Origin: an uncultured Microbacterium sp. | GTDB taxonomy: Bacteria; Actinomycetota; Actinomycetes; Actinomycetales; Microbacteriaceae | DNA length: 50,740 nt | Assembly (NCBI GenBank): GCA_937926065.1 | Contig: CALANM010000091.1 | Location: forward strand, 1-50,740 | Reading direction: 5' to 3' | Made by a program: the position numbers and the translations under genes | Shown here: positions 38,029 to 48,327 of the stretch, piece by piece | How the letters are laid out: each line of letters opens with the position of its first letter | Numbering within the stretch: position 1 is the stretch's first letter | Notes under the pieces: generated by a model | Told to the model about the DNA's origin: nothing | The model's database searches: none | The model's input: the letters and a program-made list of their open reading frames with translations, nothing else

Positions 38029-40545
38029 ATGTCGCGTCACGAGCTCGCCCGATCGGCCAACCTGACCCGAGAGGAGACGGCGGCGCGTGCGGCGGCCATC
38101 ACTCTCGACACCGTCGACGTCGCGCTGGATCTGCGTGGGGCCGCTGACCTGACAGAGGCGTCCTTTTCGACGATGTCGACGCTGGTCTTCCGCAGCACGG
38201 CATCAGAGACCTGGGTGGACTTCCTCGGCGCGACGGTCGAGGCCGTCGTCGTCAACGGCGAGGAGCGCCCTGTCGAATGGGACGGCGCACGGGTGCGGCT
38301 CACGGGCCTGGTGGAGCACAACATCGTCACTGTTCGAGCGCAGGGCCTGTTCAGCACATCGGGCGAAGGACTCCACCGCTTCCGCGACCCGGTCGACGGC
38401 CAGGTGTATCTGTACACGCAGTATGAGCCGGCAGACTGCCGTCGCGTGTATGCGTGCTTCGAGCAGCCCGACCTCAAGGCGCGCTGGCGTTTCCAGGTCG
38501 CTGCGCCTCAGGGTTGGACGGTCTTGTCGAACGGCGCTGAGGAGTCCCGTCACGAACGGGACGACGGCGTGCGGGTCACGTTCCGCGAGACGCTGCCGCT
38601 TTCGAGCTACATCACCGCCGTCGCGGCCGGGCCGTACCACCGGGTCGATGGGGAATGGAGGTCCGGCACGCACCGCGTCGAGCTCGGCGTGCTCTGCCGA
38701 GCGTCCATGGCGCCGCACCTCGACGCTGACGAGATCCTCGACATCACCCGACGCGGGCTGGACTTCTTCACGACGGCGTTCGCCTTCGCCTATCCGTGGG
38801 GCAAGTACGACCAGATCTTCGTGCCCGAGTACAACCTCGGTGCCATGGAGAACCCGGGCCTCGTGACCTTCACCGAGTCCTACCTCTTCCGGGGGGCGTC
38901 GACCGCCGCGCAGCACGAGGGGCGAGCCAACACGATCCTCCACGAGATGGCGCACATGTGGTTCGGCGACCTCACCACGATGCGGTGGTGGGACGATCTC
39001 TGGCTCAAGGAGTCGTTCGCTGACTTCATGGGCTCCCACGCCAATGTGGCCACCGCCCTCCACTCCGATGCGTGGGTGAGCTTCGCGAGCCGCCGCAAGG
39101 GCTGGGCGTACGAACAGGACCAGCTCCCCACGACCCACCCGATCGTGGCCGACATCACCGACCTCGAAGCCGCGAAGCTCAACTTCGACGGCATCACCTA
39201 CGCGAAGGGCGCCTCGGTGCTCAAGCAGCTCGTCGCGTTCGTCGGCGAAGACGCCTTCTTCCGCGCGGCGCAGCGCTACTTCGCCGACCACGCGTACGGC
39301 AACACGACCCTCGACGATCTGCTCACAGCGCTCGAATCGGCGTCGTCCCGCGATCTGCACGCGTGGAGCGCGGCATGGCTGGAGACGACCGGCATGTCAC
39401 TCCTGCGTGTCGAACGGGAGCCCCGTCCGGTGGTCGTGCAGACCGACCCGCGACCGCACCGGCTGACCGTGGGATTCTACGCACTTGAGGGCGAGCGACT
39501 GGTGCGTCGTGCCGCCGTCGAGCTCGATATCGCGGGGGAGCGCACGCCGCTCGACGCGCCCGTGCTGCCCGACGCCGACCTCATCGTTCCCAACGATGAT
39601 GACCGCACGTATGCCAAAGTGCGCCTCGATGAGCGCTCCACGGATGCCGTCGCCCGCGCCCTCAGCACGATCGACGACCGCCTCGCCCGCTCGGTCATCT
39701 GGGCCGCGCTGTGGAACGCAGTGCGCGACGGCGAGCTGTCGGTGGTGCGGTACCTCGACATCGCCGCGCACCACGCCCCGGCCGAAGACAGCGTCGCGCT
39801 GCTCGCCGACGTGATCGCCCATGCAGGTCACGCGATCGCCCACTACGCCGCCGAGGAGGACCGCGGCGGGCTGGCGGCCGCGTGGCTGGAGACGGCGTGG
39901 CAGGGGATGACGACGGCTCCGGAGGGCAGCGACGCCCAGCTCGCTTGGGCCCGAGCGGTGGGCGCCGCCGCCGTGTACGACGACGCTCGCGCCGACGACC
40001 TCGGCGCCCTTCTGTCGGGCGCGACTCCGCCGCCCCAGGGGCTTCGGCTCGACCCGGATCTGCGCTGGAGCTGGCTGTTCGCGCTCTCGGCGAGCGGTCA
40101 CGCGTCGTCGGCAGACGCCGATGCCGAGCTCGACGCGGATCCTTCGGCGACGGGGCACACCTCGCACCGTGCCGTGCTCGCCGCCCGTCCAGATTGCGGG
40201 GTTCGGGCGCAGGCGTGGGAGTCGGCGTGGAACGACCGCTCGCTGACCAACGACCATCTCGCGGCGACGATCACCGGAGTGCGGGCGGGCGGTCGGCGGG
40301 ACCTCATCGCGCAGTTCGACGACGACTACTTCTCGCGCATCCGGCGCGTGTGGGACGAGCGCAGCATCGAGATCGCGCGACGTCTCGTGTCGGGGCTCTT
40401 CCCCGAGTCCGACTCGCTCGAGCCGGTCGATCGCTGGCTGGCGGGCAACGCCGATGCCCCCGCATCCCTTCGTCGTCTCGTGATCGAGCAGCGCGACCGC
40501 CTCGCCCGGGCGATCCGGGTGCGAGCGGCGCAGTCCACGCTCTGA
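38029..40545 (+). CDS. pepN: Aminopeptidase N (M1 family)
   Basis: GAMEN, HEMAH...WLKES, ITYAKG. Confidence 0.95.
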   Translation: MSRHELARSANLTREETAARAAAITLDTVDVALDLRGAADLTEASFSTMSTLVFRSTASETWVDFLGATVEAVVVNGEERPVEWDGARVRLTGLVEHNIVTVRAQGLFSTSGEGLHRFRDPVDGQVYLYTQYEPADCRRVYACFEQPDLKARWRFQVAAPQGWTVLSNGAEESRHERDDGVRVTFRETLPLSSYITAVAAGPYHRVDGEWRSGTHRVELGVLCRASMAPHLDADEILDITRRGLDFFTTAFAFAYPWGKYDQIFVPEYNLGAMENPGLVTFTESYLFRGASTAAQHEGRANTILHEMAHMWFGDLTTMRWWDDLWLKESFADFMGSHANVATALHSDAWVSFASRRKGWAYEQDQLPTTHPIVADITDLEAAKLNFDGITYAKGASVLKQLVAFVGEDAFFRAAQRYFADHAYGNTTLDDLLTALESASSRDLHAWSAAWLETTGMSLLRVEREPRPVVVQTDPRPHRLTVGFYALEGERLVRRAAVELDIAGERTPLDAPVLPDADLIVPNDDDRTYAKVRLDERSTDAVARALSTIDDRLARSVIWAALWNAVRDGELSVVRYLDIAAHHAPAEDSVALLADVIAHAGHAIAHYAAEEDRGGLAAAWLETAWQGMTTAPEGSDAQLAWARAVGAAAVYDDARADDLGALLSGATPPPQGLRLDPDLRWSWLFALSASGHASSADADAELDADPSATGHTSHRAVLAARPDCGVRAQAWESAWNDRSLTNDHLAATITGVRAGGRRDLIAQFDDDYFSRIRRVWDERSIEIARRLVSGLFPESDSLEPVDRWLAGNADAPASLRRLVIEQRDRLARAIRVRAAQSTL

Positions 40546-40614
40546 CGCAGTCGGGGCCGTGGGCGTCGCGCATCGCCACAGCCTGTGAGAAGAGGGACAG
40601 ACGTCACGGGGAAC

Positions 40615-40652
40615 ACGACAGCGGCCCCGACGTCTGTCGGAGCCGCTGTCGT
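40615..40652 (-). terminator. Terminator hairpin between convergent pepN and fadB
   Basis: On the minus strand ACGACAGCGGCTCCGAC-AGAC-GTCGGGGCCGCTGTCGT, fully paired with one G-U. Confidence 0.75.
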
Positions 40653-40665
40653 CAGATGCCGAAGA

Positions 40666-42807
40666 TCAGGCTTCGATACCGCGGATGGGCGGCTGGTGGA
40701 ACGTGCTGCCGAAGACCCGCTCCGACGCGCCTTCGCGGTCGAGGTACGGCGACGCGCCGCCGTCGATGAACGGCCAGCCGGCACCGAGGATCAGGCAGAG
40801 ATCGATGTCTTCGACCTCCGGCACCACGCCCTCGTCGAGCATGATCCGGATCTCCTGAGCGAGGCCGTCCTGCACGCGGCGGAGGATCGTCTCCGCCGAC
40901 GCGGGCGTCGAGCCGACGGCATCCTTCACGACCTTCAGCGCGGCCTTCGTGAAGCCGGTCACGCGGCCTCCCTTGTCCTTCTCCACGACCTCGTCGAGAT
41001 CCGCCAGGGCGTGGAAGTTCTCGTTGGCGTAGAACCGGTCAGGGAAGGCGCGGACCATCGTGTCCTGCACGTGGGCGGCGACCTTCCATCCCACGAGGTC
41101 GATCAGCTGGAAGGGGCCCATCGGCAGACCGAGAGGCGAGAACGCCTTCTCGACCTCGGCGACGGGGGTTCCCTCGTACACGGCGCGTGCCGCTTCGCCC
41201 ATGACCTTGGCGAGCAGGCGGTTGACGACGAAGCCGGGAGCGTCGGCGGTGAGCACCGCGTTCTTTCCGAGGCTCTTGGCCACGACGAAGGCGGTCGAGA
41301 GCGCTGCGTCGTCGGTCTTCGGGGCCTTCACGACCTCGATGAGCGGCATCACCGCCACCGGGTTGAAGAAGTGGAAGCCCACGAGGCGCTCGGGGTGCTC
41401 AAGCTGGGAGCCGATCTCCTCGACGGAGAGCGAAGAGGTGTTCGTGGCCAGCACGGCATCCGGGGCGACGATCTTCTCGATCTCGCCGAACACGGCCTGC
41501 TTGACGCCGACCTCTTCGAACACCGCCTCGATCACGAAGTCACAGTCGGCGTACAGGCTCTTGTCGGTGGTGCCGGTCACGAGAGCGCGCAGCTTGTTGG
41601 CCGTATCGCCGTCGAGGCGCCCCTTTGCCTCGAGCTTGCCGATCTCGTCGTGGATGTACGCCACGCCCTTGTCGACGCGCGCCTGGTCGAGGTCCGTGAT
41701 CAGCACGGGCACCTGCAGCTTGCGCACGAAAAGCAGCGCGAACTGGCTGGCCATGAGGCCCGCGCCGATGATGCCGACCTTCGTGACCTTCTTCGCCAGC
41801 GCCTTGTCGGGAGCGCCGACGGGACGCTTCGCCCGCTTCTGCACGAGGTCGAAGGCATACATGGACGCGGCGAACTGATCACCGGAGACGAGGTCTGCGA
41901 GCGCCTCGTCCTCACGTGCGAAGCCTTCGGCCTTTGAGCCGCTCTTGGCCTTGTCGAGCAGTTCGAGAGCGACGTACGGCGACTTCGGCACCGTGCCGAT
42001 CTTCGACTCCAGCATGCCGCGTGCGACCTTGATCGCGATGGGCCACTTCGTCAGTCGCTCGATCTTTCCCGGCTCGTTCTTCCGCTCGACCTTGACTGTG
42101 CCGCCGAGGACGCCGTCGGCCCAGCGCAGCGAGTCCTCAAGGTAGTTGGCCGCCGGGAAGATCGCGTCGACGATGCCGTAATCGAAGGCCTGCTGCGGCT
42201 TCAGCATCCGGTTCTGCTTGAGCGGGTTGCTGATGACCACTTCCAGGGCGTTCTCGATGCCGATGAGGTTCGGCAGCAGGTAGGCGCCGCCCCATCCCGG
42301 AATGAGGCCGAGGAACACCTCGGGCAGGGCGATCGCGGCCGCCGAGGCGTCGACGGTGCGGTAGGTGGAGTTCAAGGCGATCTCCAGTCCGCCGCCGAGC
42401 GCGAGTCCGTTGACGAAGGCGAACGAGGGCACGCCCAGGTCGGCGAGCCTGCCCAGCACGTGATGCCCCAGCTGGGCGATCTTGCGGGCGTTGTCCTTGG
42501 AGCCCACGAGCGAGATGTCGGACAGGTCGGCACCCGCAGCCAGGATGTACTGCTTCCCCGTGATGCCCACGGCGTGGATCTCGCCCTTCGCGGCGCGCGC
42601 GGTGAGTTCATCCAGGCGTTCGCCGAGCTCCATCAGCGTCTTGGGGCCCAGGGTGTTCGGGCGGGTGTGATCGCGCCCATTGTCGAGTGTGATGAGCGCG
42701 AGCACCTTGCCCGAGGGGAGGCGCACGTCGCGCGACGGCGAGTGCGTGACCACCTCGTCGGCGGCCAGCTCGAGCAGCGGGGAGAAGTCGATCGATTCGT
42801 ACGTCAT
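40666..42807 (-). CDS. fadB: Multifunctional enoyl-CoA hydratase / 3-hydroxyacyl-CoA dehydrogenase
   Basis: AGADL, GGGLE, LPEVFLG, GAGLMA, IEAVFE, TNTSSL, GFHFFNP, PGFVVNR. Confidence 0.93.
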   Translation of the reverse strand: MTYESIDFSPLLELAADEVVTHSPSRDVRLPSGKVLALITLDNGRDHTRPNTLGPKTLMELGERLDELTARAAKGEIHAVGITGKQYILAAGADLSDISLVGSKDNARKIAQLGHHVLGRLADLGVPSFAFVNGLALGGGLEIALNSTYRTVDASAAAIALPEVFLGLIPGWGGAYLLPNLIGIENALEVVISNPLKQNRMLKPQQAFDYGIVDAIFPAANYLEDSLRWADGVLGGTVKVERKNEPGKIERLTKWPIAIKVARGMLESKIGTVPKSPYVALELLDKAKSGSKAEGFAREDEALADLVSGDQFAASMYAFDLVQKRAKRPVGAPDKALAKKVTKVGIIGAGLMASQFALLFVRKLQVPVLITDLDQARVDKGVAYIHDEIGKLEAKGRLDGDTANKLRALVTGTTDKSLYADCDFVIEAVFEEVGVKQAVFGEIEKIVAPDAVLATNTSSLSVEEIGSQLEHPERLVGFHFFNPVAVMPLIEVVKAPKTDDAALSTAFVVAKSLGKNAVLTADAPGFVVNRLLAKVMGEAARAVYEGTPVAEVEKAFSPLGLPMGPFQLIDLVGWKVAAHVQDTMVRAFPDRFYANENFHALADLDEVVEKDKGGRVTGFTKAALKVVKDAVGSTPASAETILRRVQDGLAQEIRIMLDEGVVPEVEDIDLCLILGAGWPFIDGGASPYLDREGASERVFGSTFHQPPIRGIEA

Positions 42808-42817
42808 CGCGGAGTCC

Positions 42818-44020
42818 TCAGCGCTTCTTTCCGTCGTAGTGGGGGTTCTCCCAGATCACCGTGCCGCCCTGTCCGAGTCCGACGCACATCGCAGTGAGCC
42901 CGTAGCGGACGTCGGGGCGCTCGGCGAACTGCGCGGCGAGCTGGATCATGAGACGCACGCCGGATGCCGCGAGCGGATGGCCGAAGGCGATCGCGCCGCC
43001 CCACGGGTTGACGCGGGGGTCCTCGTCGGCGATGCCGAAGTGGTCGAGGAAGGAGATCACCTGAATGGCGAACGCTTCGTTCAGCTCGAACAGGCCGATG
43101 TCGTCGATCGTGAGGCCGGCCTTGGCGAGCGCCTTCTCCGTCGAGGGGATCGGGCCGATGCCCATGATCTCGGGCTGAACGCCCGCGAAGGCGAACGACA
43201 CCATGCGCATCTTCGGCGTGAGGCCGAGTTCCTTGACGGCGCGGCCCCCGGCGAGCAGCGACATGGTCGCGCCGTCCGTGAGGGGCGAGGAAGTGCCGGC
43301 CGTGACACGGCCGTGCGGGCGGAACGGCGTCTTGAGGCCCGCGAGGTCCTCCATCGTCGTGTTCGGGCGGCGGCCCTCGTCCTCGGTCGCGAGGCCCCAC
43401 GCGCCGTCGGCGTCCTTGATCGCGACGGGAACGAGATCGGCCTGGATCTTGCCCGCGTCGTAGGCCGCCTGCACCTTGTGCTGGCTCAGCATGCCGTACC
43501 GGTCGGAGCGCTCCTTCGTGAGGTGCGGGAACCGGTCGAAGATGCGCTCGGCGGTTACGCCCATGTTGAGGGCGCCCGGGTCGACCATGCGCTCGGCGAC
43601 GAACCGCGGGTTGGGGTCGGCGTTGCCGCCGATCGGGTGGTGCCCCATGTGCTCGACACCGCCCGCGAGGGCGAGGTCGTACATGCCGACGCCGATCGAG
43701 GCGCCCATCGTCGTGACGCTCGTCATGGCGCCGGCGCACATGCGGTCGATCGCGAGTCCGGGCACGGTCTGGGGGAGACCGGCGAGGATCGCCACGGACC
43801 GCCCGAGGGTGAGACCCTGATCGCCCGTCTGGCTCGTCGCGGCGATCGCGACATCGTCGATCCGGGCCGCCGGCACCGCGGAGTTGCGCTCCATCAGGCC
43901 GATGGTCGCCTTGACGGCGAGGTCATCGGCGCGGGTGTTCCAGTACATGCCCTTCTCGCCGGCGCGCCCGAACGGGGTCCGCATGCCGTCGATGAAGTAG
44001 ACGTCCGAGAGCTCGGCCAC
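42818..44020 (-). CDS. fadA: Acetyl-CoA C-acyltransferase (thiolase)
   Basis: RTPFG, DRMCAG, LNEAFA, GHPLAASG, MCVGLGQG. GTG 44020 follows GGAGG. Confidence 0.93.
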   Translation of the reverse strand: MAELSDVYFIDGMRTPFGRAGEKGMYWNTRADDLAVKATIGLMERNSAVPAARIDDVAIAATSQTGDQGLTLGRSVAILAGLPQTVPGLAIDRMCAGAMTSVTTMGASIGVGMYDLALAGGVEHMGHHPIGGNADPNPRFVAERMVDPGALNMGVTAERIFDRFPHLTKERSDRYGMLSQHKVQAAYDAGKIQADLVPVAIKDADGAWGLATEDEGRRPNTTMEDLAGLKTPFRPHGRVTAGTSSPLTDGATMSLLAGGRAVKELGLTPKMRMVSFAFAGVQPEIMGIGPIPSTEKALAKAGLTIDDIGLFELNEAFAIQVISFLDHFGIADEDPRVNPWGGAIAFGHPLAASGVRLMIQLAAQFAERPDVRYGLTAMCVGLGQGGTVIWENPHYDGKKR

Positions 44021-44093
44021 ACTGCCTCCAAGAGATTGAGATCCAGTCCAGCCTAAGGTGGAACTGGGTGTCGCAAAATCGGTTGGATCGAAC

Positions 44094-45290
44094 CTACGAA
44101 GCCGTATCGGCGGCATCCGCTGTCGCCTGCACGGATTCGACAAACGCATCCGCGATCACCTGTGCAGTGTACGCAACCTGCCAGGGGCGGGCTCCAAGAG
44201 CAGCCAGCGCCTCGCCGATGGAGTCGACGGTCACGGGCTCCGGCGGGTGCCAGGCCAAGCGGCGCAGCGTATCCGGAGTCAGCAGGTTCTCCGTCGGCAT
44301 ACGGAGGTCGACGGCAAGCTGCTCGATGCGCGGACGGGCGGCTTTGAGGCGCGCGTCGGCGGGAGGGTTGCGGTCGGCCCATGCGCGAGGCGGCGGAAAG
44401 CCGTCGCCGGGTGCGCGCTCGGTCGGCAGCGACTCGTCGGCGCGGCCCGCTTCGATCGCCGCCCACCAGCGATCGAGCTGCGTGCGGCTCGCGCGGCCCG
44501 TGAACTCCTTGAGACGAGCGAGATCCTGCTTCGACGCGGGATCGGCGATGACGGCGGCGACCAGGGAGCGATCGGGGACAAGTCGCCCGGGTGACACGTC
44601 CTGCTCCTGGGCGTACTCCTCGCGGGCGGTCCAGAGAGCCCGCGCGACGGCCAGCGAGCGGCGTCCGCGCACGGTGTGCAGGCCGCTCAGTCGTCGCCAC
44701 GGCTCCTCGCGCGGGGGCTTTGCCGGTCGGCTGAGGACGGCTTCGAACTCCTGACGAGCGACGTCCGTCTTGCCCTGCTCCTCGAGTTCGTCCGCGAGCG
44801 CGTCGCGGACGTCGACCAGGTGAAGCACGTCGAGGGCCGCGTATTCGAGCCACGACTGCGGGAGGGGCCGCGTCGACCAGTCGGCCGCCGAGTGCGCCTT
44901 CGCGAGGGTGATCCCCAGGGTGTCCGACACGACGGCGCCGAGACCCACCTTCTCGTGCCCCAGAAGCCGTGCCGCCAGTTCGGTGTCGAAGATCGACGGC
45001 GGGTTCAGTTCCGCCTCGCGCAGCGACGGAAGGTCCTGGCTGGCTGCGTGCAGCACCCATTCGGCGTCGCCGATCGCGTTCTGCAGCGGCGAGAGGTCTC
45101 CGAGCGCCGGGGGGTCGAACAGGAAGACCCCGGCTCCGCGCCGGTACACCTGCACCAGGTAGGCGCGCTGCGAATAGCGGAAGCCCGAGGCGCGCTCGAC
45201 GTCGACGGCGACGGGACCCGTGCCGACGGAGAGAGATGCCGCGGCGGCCTCGAGGCGGTCGCGATCGGCGATGACGGTGTACTCAACCAC
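44094..45290 (-). CDS. Ribonuclease D / HRDC-domain 3'-5' exonuclease
   Basis: AVDVERASGFRY, HAASQDL, FDTELAA, DWSTRPLP, YAALDV; HRDC region follows. Confidence 0.92.
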   Translation of the reverse strand: MVEYTVIADRDRLEAAAASLSVGTGPVAVDVERASGFRYSQRAYLVQVYRRGAGVFLFDPPALGDLSPLQNAIGDAEWVLHAASQDLPSLREAELNPPSIFDTELAARLLGHEKVGLGAVVSDTLGITLAKAHSAADWSTRPLPQSWLEYAALDVLHLVDVRDALADELEEQGKTDVARQEFEAVLSRPAKPPREEPWRRLSGLHTVRGRRSLAVARALWTAREEYAQEQDVSPGRLVPDRSLVAAVIADPASKQDLARLKEFTGRASRTQLDRWWAAIEAGRADESLPTERAPGDGFPPPRAWADRNPPADARLKAARPRIEQLAVDLRMPTENLLTPDTLRRLAWHPPEPVTVDSIGEALAALGARPWQVAYTAQVIADAFVESVQATADAADTAS

Positions 45291-45873
45291 GTATGTTCCT
45301 GCGTTCACTGCTGAAGACGGCGATGCCCTCCGACCCAGGGGGGAGTCCGGCGAGCATGCAGACGAGCTCCGCCCACGCATCCAGGTGCGCGGCGAGGTCT
45401 CCCGACGGCGTCCACGAGGCGCGCAACTCGATCTGAGCGCCGTCGCCCTCCTCCGCCAGCGTCCCGAACCCCTTCGACAGCGTCTTGGTCGCCGTGCCGG
45501 ATGCCGAGTGGAACACCGCCTTGCGCGTGTTCAGCGCATCGATGAGCCACGACCAGGCGACCTCCGCCAGGAGCGGGTCGGTGCCGATCTCGGTCTCGAG
45601 CGGCGCTTGAGCGAAGCACACGATGCGCCAGGCGCCGCTCCACTGCTCGGGCTCCGATGCGTCGTGGAGCAGGACGAACCGCCCCGTGCCGTAAGGGGAG
45701 TCCAATCCGTCGTCACCGGGCCGGATGTCGCCGGCGAAGGCGATCGCGTCAGGAGCGAGCGACGACGGGGCGGCGATCTCGCGCACGACGAAGTCCTCGC
45801 GGAACGTCATCGCGCGCAGTCTGTCGGCGACCGCAGCGAAGTCGGGAGCGGCCGAGGGACGGGAGTCATCCAC
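45283..45873 (-). CDS. DUF3000 family protein
   Basis: GRFVLLHD, DPLLAEVAWSWL, ELRASWTP, AGLPP; directly upstream of RNase D. Confidence 0.88.
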   Translation of the reverse strand: MDDSRPSAAPDFAAVADRLRAMTFREDFVVREIAAPSSLAPDAIAFAGDIRPGDDGLDSPYGTGRFVLLHDASEPEQWSGAWRIVCFAQAPLETEIGTDPLLAEVAWSWLIDALNTRKAVFHSASGTATKTLSKGFGTLAEEGDGAQIELRASWTPSGDLAAHLDAWAELVCMLAGLPPGSEGIAVFSSERRNIRG

Positions 45874-45898
45874 ATCGACAGACTAAAGTGAGCCCACG

Positions 45899-47101
45899 AT
45901 GAAGGCATCCAGGCGCGCCGTCGCCGTATCTCCGTACGCCGCGGTCCTGCGCGGTCTGACTGTCGCACTGAGCGTTGCGCTCGCGGCCACCACGACGCTC
46001 ACCGCGCTCACCGCGGCCCGCATGGCCCGGCGCGTCGTCACGCCCGCGCGCCGCGTCGCCGACACCACCATCCTCGACGTGGACGTCGCGGCCCAGACCA
46101 TCACGCTCAGCCGCACGCCCGACACGGAGCTGCCCGGCATGTACGGCCTCTTCACGACCGGAAGCACCGACTACCTCAAGCTCGGCTCGGTGCTCTCCGG
46201 CGACGACACGAGTGTCACCCGCAAGCTCCTCACCCAGATCGGACCCGACTCGAGGCTGAGCTCCGCCGCTGCGTTCAGCGGCTGGTATTACGACAGTCCG
46301 GAGCAGCTCCACCTGCCGTATGAGTCGGAGCTCGTCGGTGCCGCGGTCGGCCCGTGCCCGGCATGGATCTTCCCTGCCGAGGAGCCGACCGACACGTGGG
46401 TGATCCAGGTCCACGGCCGAGGCACGACGCGGGCGGAGTGCCTGCGGGCGGTGCCGGTGTTCCGCGGCGCCGGCATCACCTCGATGCTCGTCTCGTACCG
46501 CAACGACGGCTCCGCGCCGCGCAGCCGCAGCGGCACGTACGCGCTCGGCGCGACAGAGTGGCGAGACGTCGACAGCGCGATCGGCGTGGCCCGTCGCCAC
46601 GGTGCCCGCAGGGTGATCGTCATGGGGTGGTCTATGGGCGGTGCGATCGCCCTCCAGGTCGCGCTCAACTCGGCGCATCGCGACATCATCGCCGGAGTGG
46701 TGCTCGAGTCGCCGGTCATCGACTGGCGGCGCGTCCTTGAGTTTCAGGCGCGGATGCGAGGGCTGCCATCGCAGGTGGCGGGGCTCGCGATCGGTGCCCT
46801 CGGAGCCGAGTGGGCGACGCCGCTGACGGGAGCCGACGCCCGCATCCCGTTCGAACGACTCGACGCGGTCACTCGAGCAGGTGAGCTGAGGCATCCCGTC
46901 CTCATCCTCCACAGCGACGACGACGGCTTCGTACCGTCGAACGCCTCGTATGACCTGGTCGCCGCCCGGCCTGATCTCGTCGAGATGCGGGTGTTCGACA
47001 CCGCGCGGCACGCGAAGCTCTGGAATTACGACCAGGAGCGGTGGAGCGAGGCGATCCTCGACTGGCTCCGGCGGCACGATCTCGCCCCGCAGCCGGTCTA
47101 A
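45899..47101 (+). CDS. Alpha/beta hydrolase with N-terminal anchor
   Basis: VHGRG, GWSMG nucleophile elbow, HSDDDGFVP, H in ARHAKLWN. Confidence 0.88.
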   Translation: MKASRRAVAVSPYAAVLRGLTVALSVALAATTTLTALTAARMARRVVTPARRVADTTILDVDVAAQTITLSRTPDTELPGMYGLFTTGSTDYLKLGSVLSGDDTSVTRKLLTQIGPDSRLSSAAAFSGWYYDSPEQLHLPYESELVGAAVGPCPAWIFPAEEPTDTWVIQVHGRGTTRAECLRAVPVFRGAGITSMLVSYRNDGSAPRSRSGTYALGATEWRDVDSAIGVARRHGARRVIVMGWSMGGAIALQVALNSAHRDIIAGVVLESPVIDWRRVLEFQARMRGLPSQVAGLAIGALGAEWATPLTGADARIPFERLDAVTRAGELRHPVLILHSDDDGFVPSNASYDLVAARPDLVEMRVFDTARHAKLWNYDQERWSEAILDWLRRHDLAPQPV

Positions 47102-47110
47102 AGTTGACTC

Positions 47111-48136
47111 GTGAACAGCGTCCCGGCCGGCACCCTGCATCTGACCGACCGTGCACCCCAGGTCTCGGGATCGGAGATGGTGGCCGCTCTTGTGCCGCCA
47201 CCGCAGTTCGACGGCGCGACGTTCGACACCTACCGCGCTGACCCGCAGTACCCGTCGCAGCAAGACGCGAAAGACCAGCTGATGACGTTCAGCGGCGTGG
47301 GCCGCGCTCCGGCGAAGTCGGGCGGGCTGTTCCGCCGCCGTGAGAAGACCCCTGAGCTCAAGCCCGGCGTCTATCTCGACGGCGGCTTCGGCGTCGGGAA
47401 GACGCACCTGCTCGCGTCGATCTACCACGCCCTCCCGGGTCGCCGGAAGTACTTCGGCTCGTTCATCGAGTACACGGCGCTGGTGGGCGCTCTGGGCTAT
47501 CAGCAGACGGTCGCGCTGTTCCGCGGTGCCGACCTGCTGTGCATCGACGAGTTCGAACTCGACGATCCCGGCGACACCATGGTGATGACGCGCCTGCTCG
47601 GAGAGCTCGTCCCCACCGGCACTCGTCTCGCGGCGACGTCGAACACGCCGCCGAACGCGCTCGGCGAGGGGCGCTTCGCGGCACAGGACTTCCTCCGCGA
47701 GATCCACGCGATGGCGTCCAGTTTTCAGACGATCCGCATCGACGGCACCGATTACCGCCAGCGGGCGGTCGACGGGCACGCGATCTCGCTGTCGGAGGCT
47801 GAGTACGGAGGCGCCCTCGATGGCGTCGGCGGCGCGGCATCCGACGACTCCTTCACCGACCTGATCCGGCACCTGGCATCGGTGCATCCGTCGCGGTACA
47901 TCCGGCTCATCGAAGGGCTCGTGGCCATCGGGCTGCGCGACGTCGTGCAGCTGGAGGACCAGTCGGCCGCGTTGCGCTTCGTCGCGTTCATCGACCGGGC
48001 TTACGACGCCCAGATCCCCATCCGAGCCACGGGGCGTCCGCTCGACGAGGTGTTCTCCGACGAGATGCTCGCGGGCGGCTATCGCAAGAAGTACCTGCGC
48101 GCCATCTCGCGCCTCGTCGCGCTCACACACAGCTGA
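47111..48136 (+). CDS. zapE: AFG1/ZapE family ATPase
   Basis: GGFGVGKT, LLCIDEFE, ATSN, GTDYR, RFVAFIDRAYD, RAISRL. Confidence 0.9.
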   Translation: MNSVPAGTLHLTDRAPQVSGSEMVAALVPPPQFDGATFDTYRADPQYPSQQDAKDQLMTFSGVGRAPAKSGGLFRRREKTPELKPGVYLDGGFGVGKTHLLASIYHALPGRRKYFGSFIEYTALVGALGYQQTVALFRGADLLCIDEFELDDPGDTMVMTRLLGELVPTGTRLAATSNTPPNALGEGRFAAQDFLREIHAMASSFQTIRIDGTDYRQRAVDGHAISLSEAEYGGALDGVGGAASDDSFTDLIRHLASVHPSRYIRLIEGLVAIGLRDVVQLEDQSAALRFVAFIDRAYDAQIPIRATGRPLDEVFSDEMLAGGYRKKYLRAISRLVALTHS

Positions 48137-48167
48137 CGTCGAACGCGGGGCGATCCCGAAGACATCC

Positions 48168-48237
48168 GAAACGTGATGTTTACGCTGACGCCCTTCGCGT
48201 AACCGATCCGAAACACGCTTCGTACCGTGGGGGTAAC
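48168..48237 (+). promoter_or_regulatory. GlnR-like boxes upstream of amt
   Basis: GTAAC-cgatcc-GAAAC (48199-48214) matches GTNAC-N6-GAAAC. Also GAAAC-N6-TTTAC (48168-48183) and a further GTAAC at 48233. Confidence 0.72.
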
Positions 48238-48327
48238 TCCGCGTGGGAACACTGGGTCGTACCCGAATGGCGCATCCGAAGGCGATTGTGGCCAGGCGGA
48301 CCCAGTTGTCCCACACATTGAGAGGTA

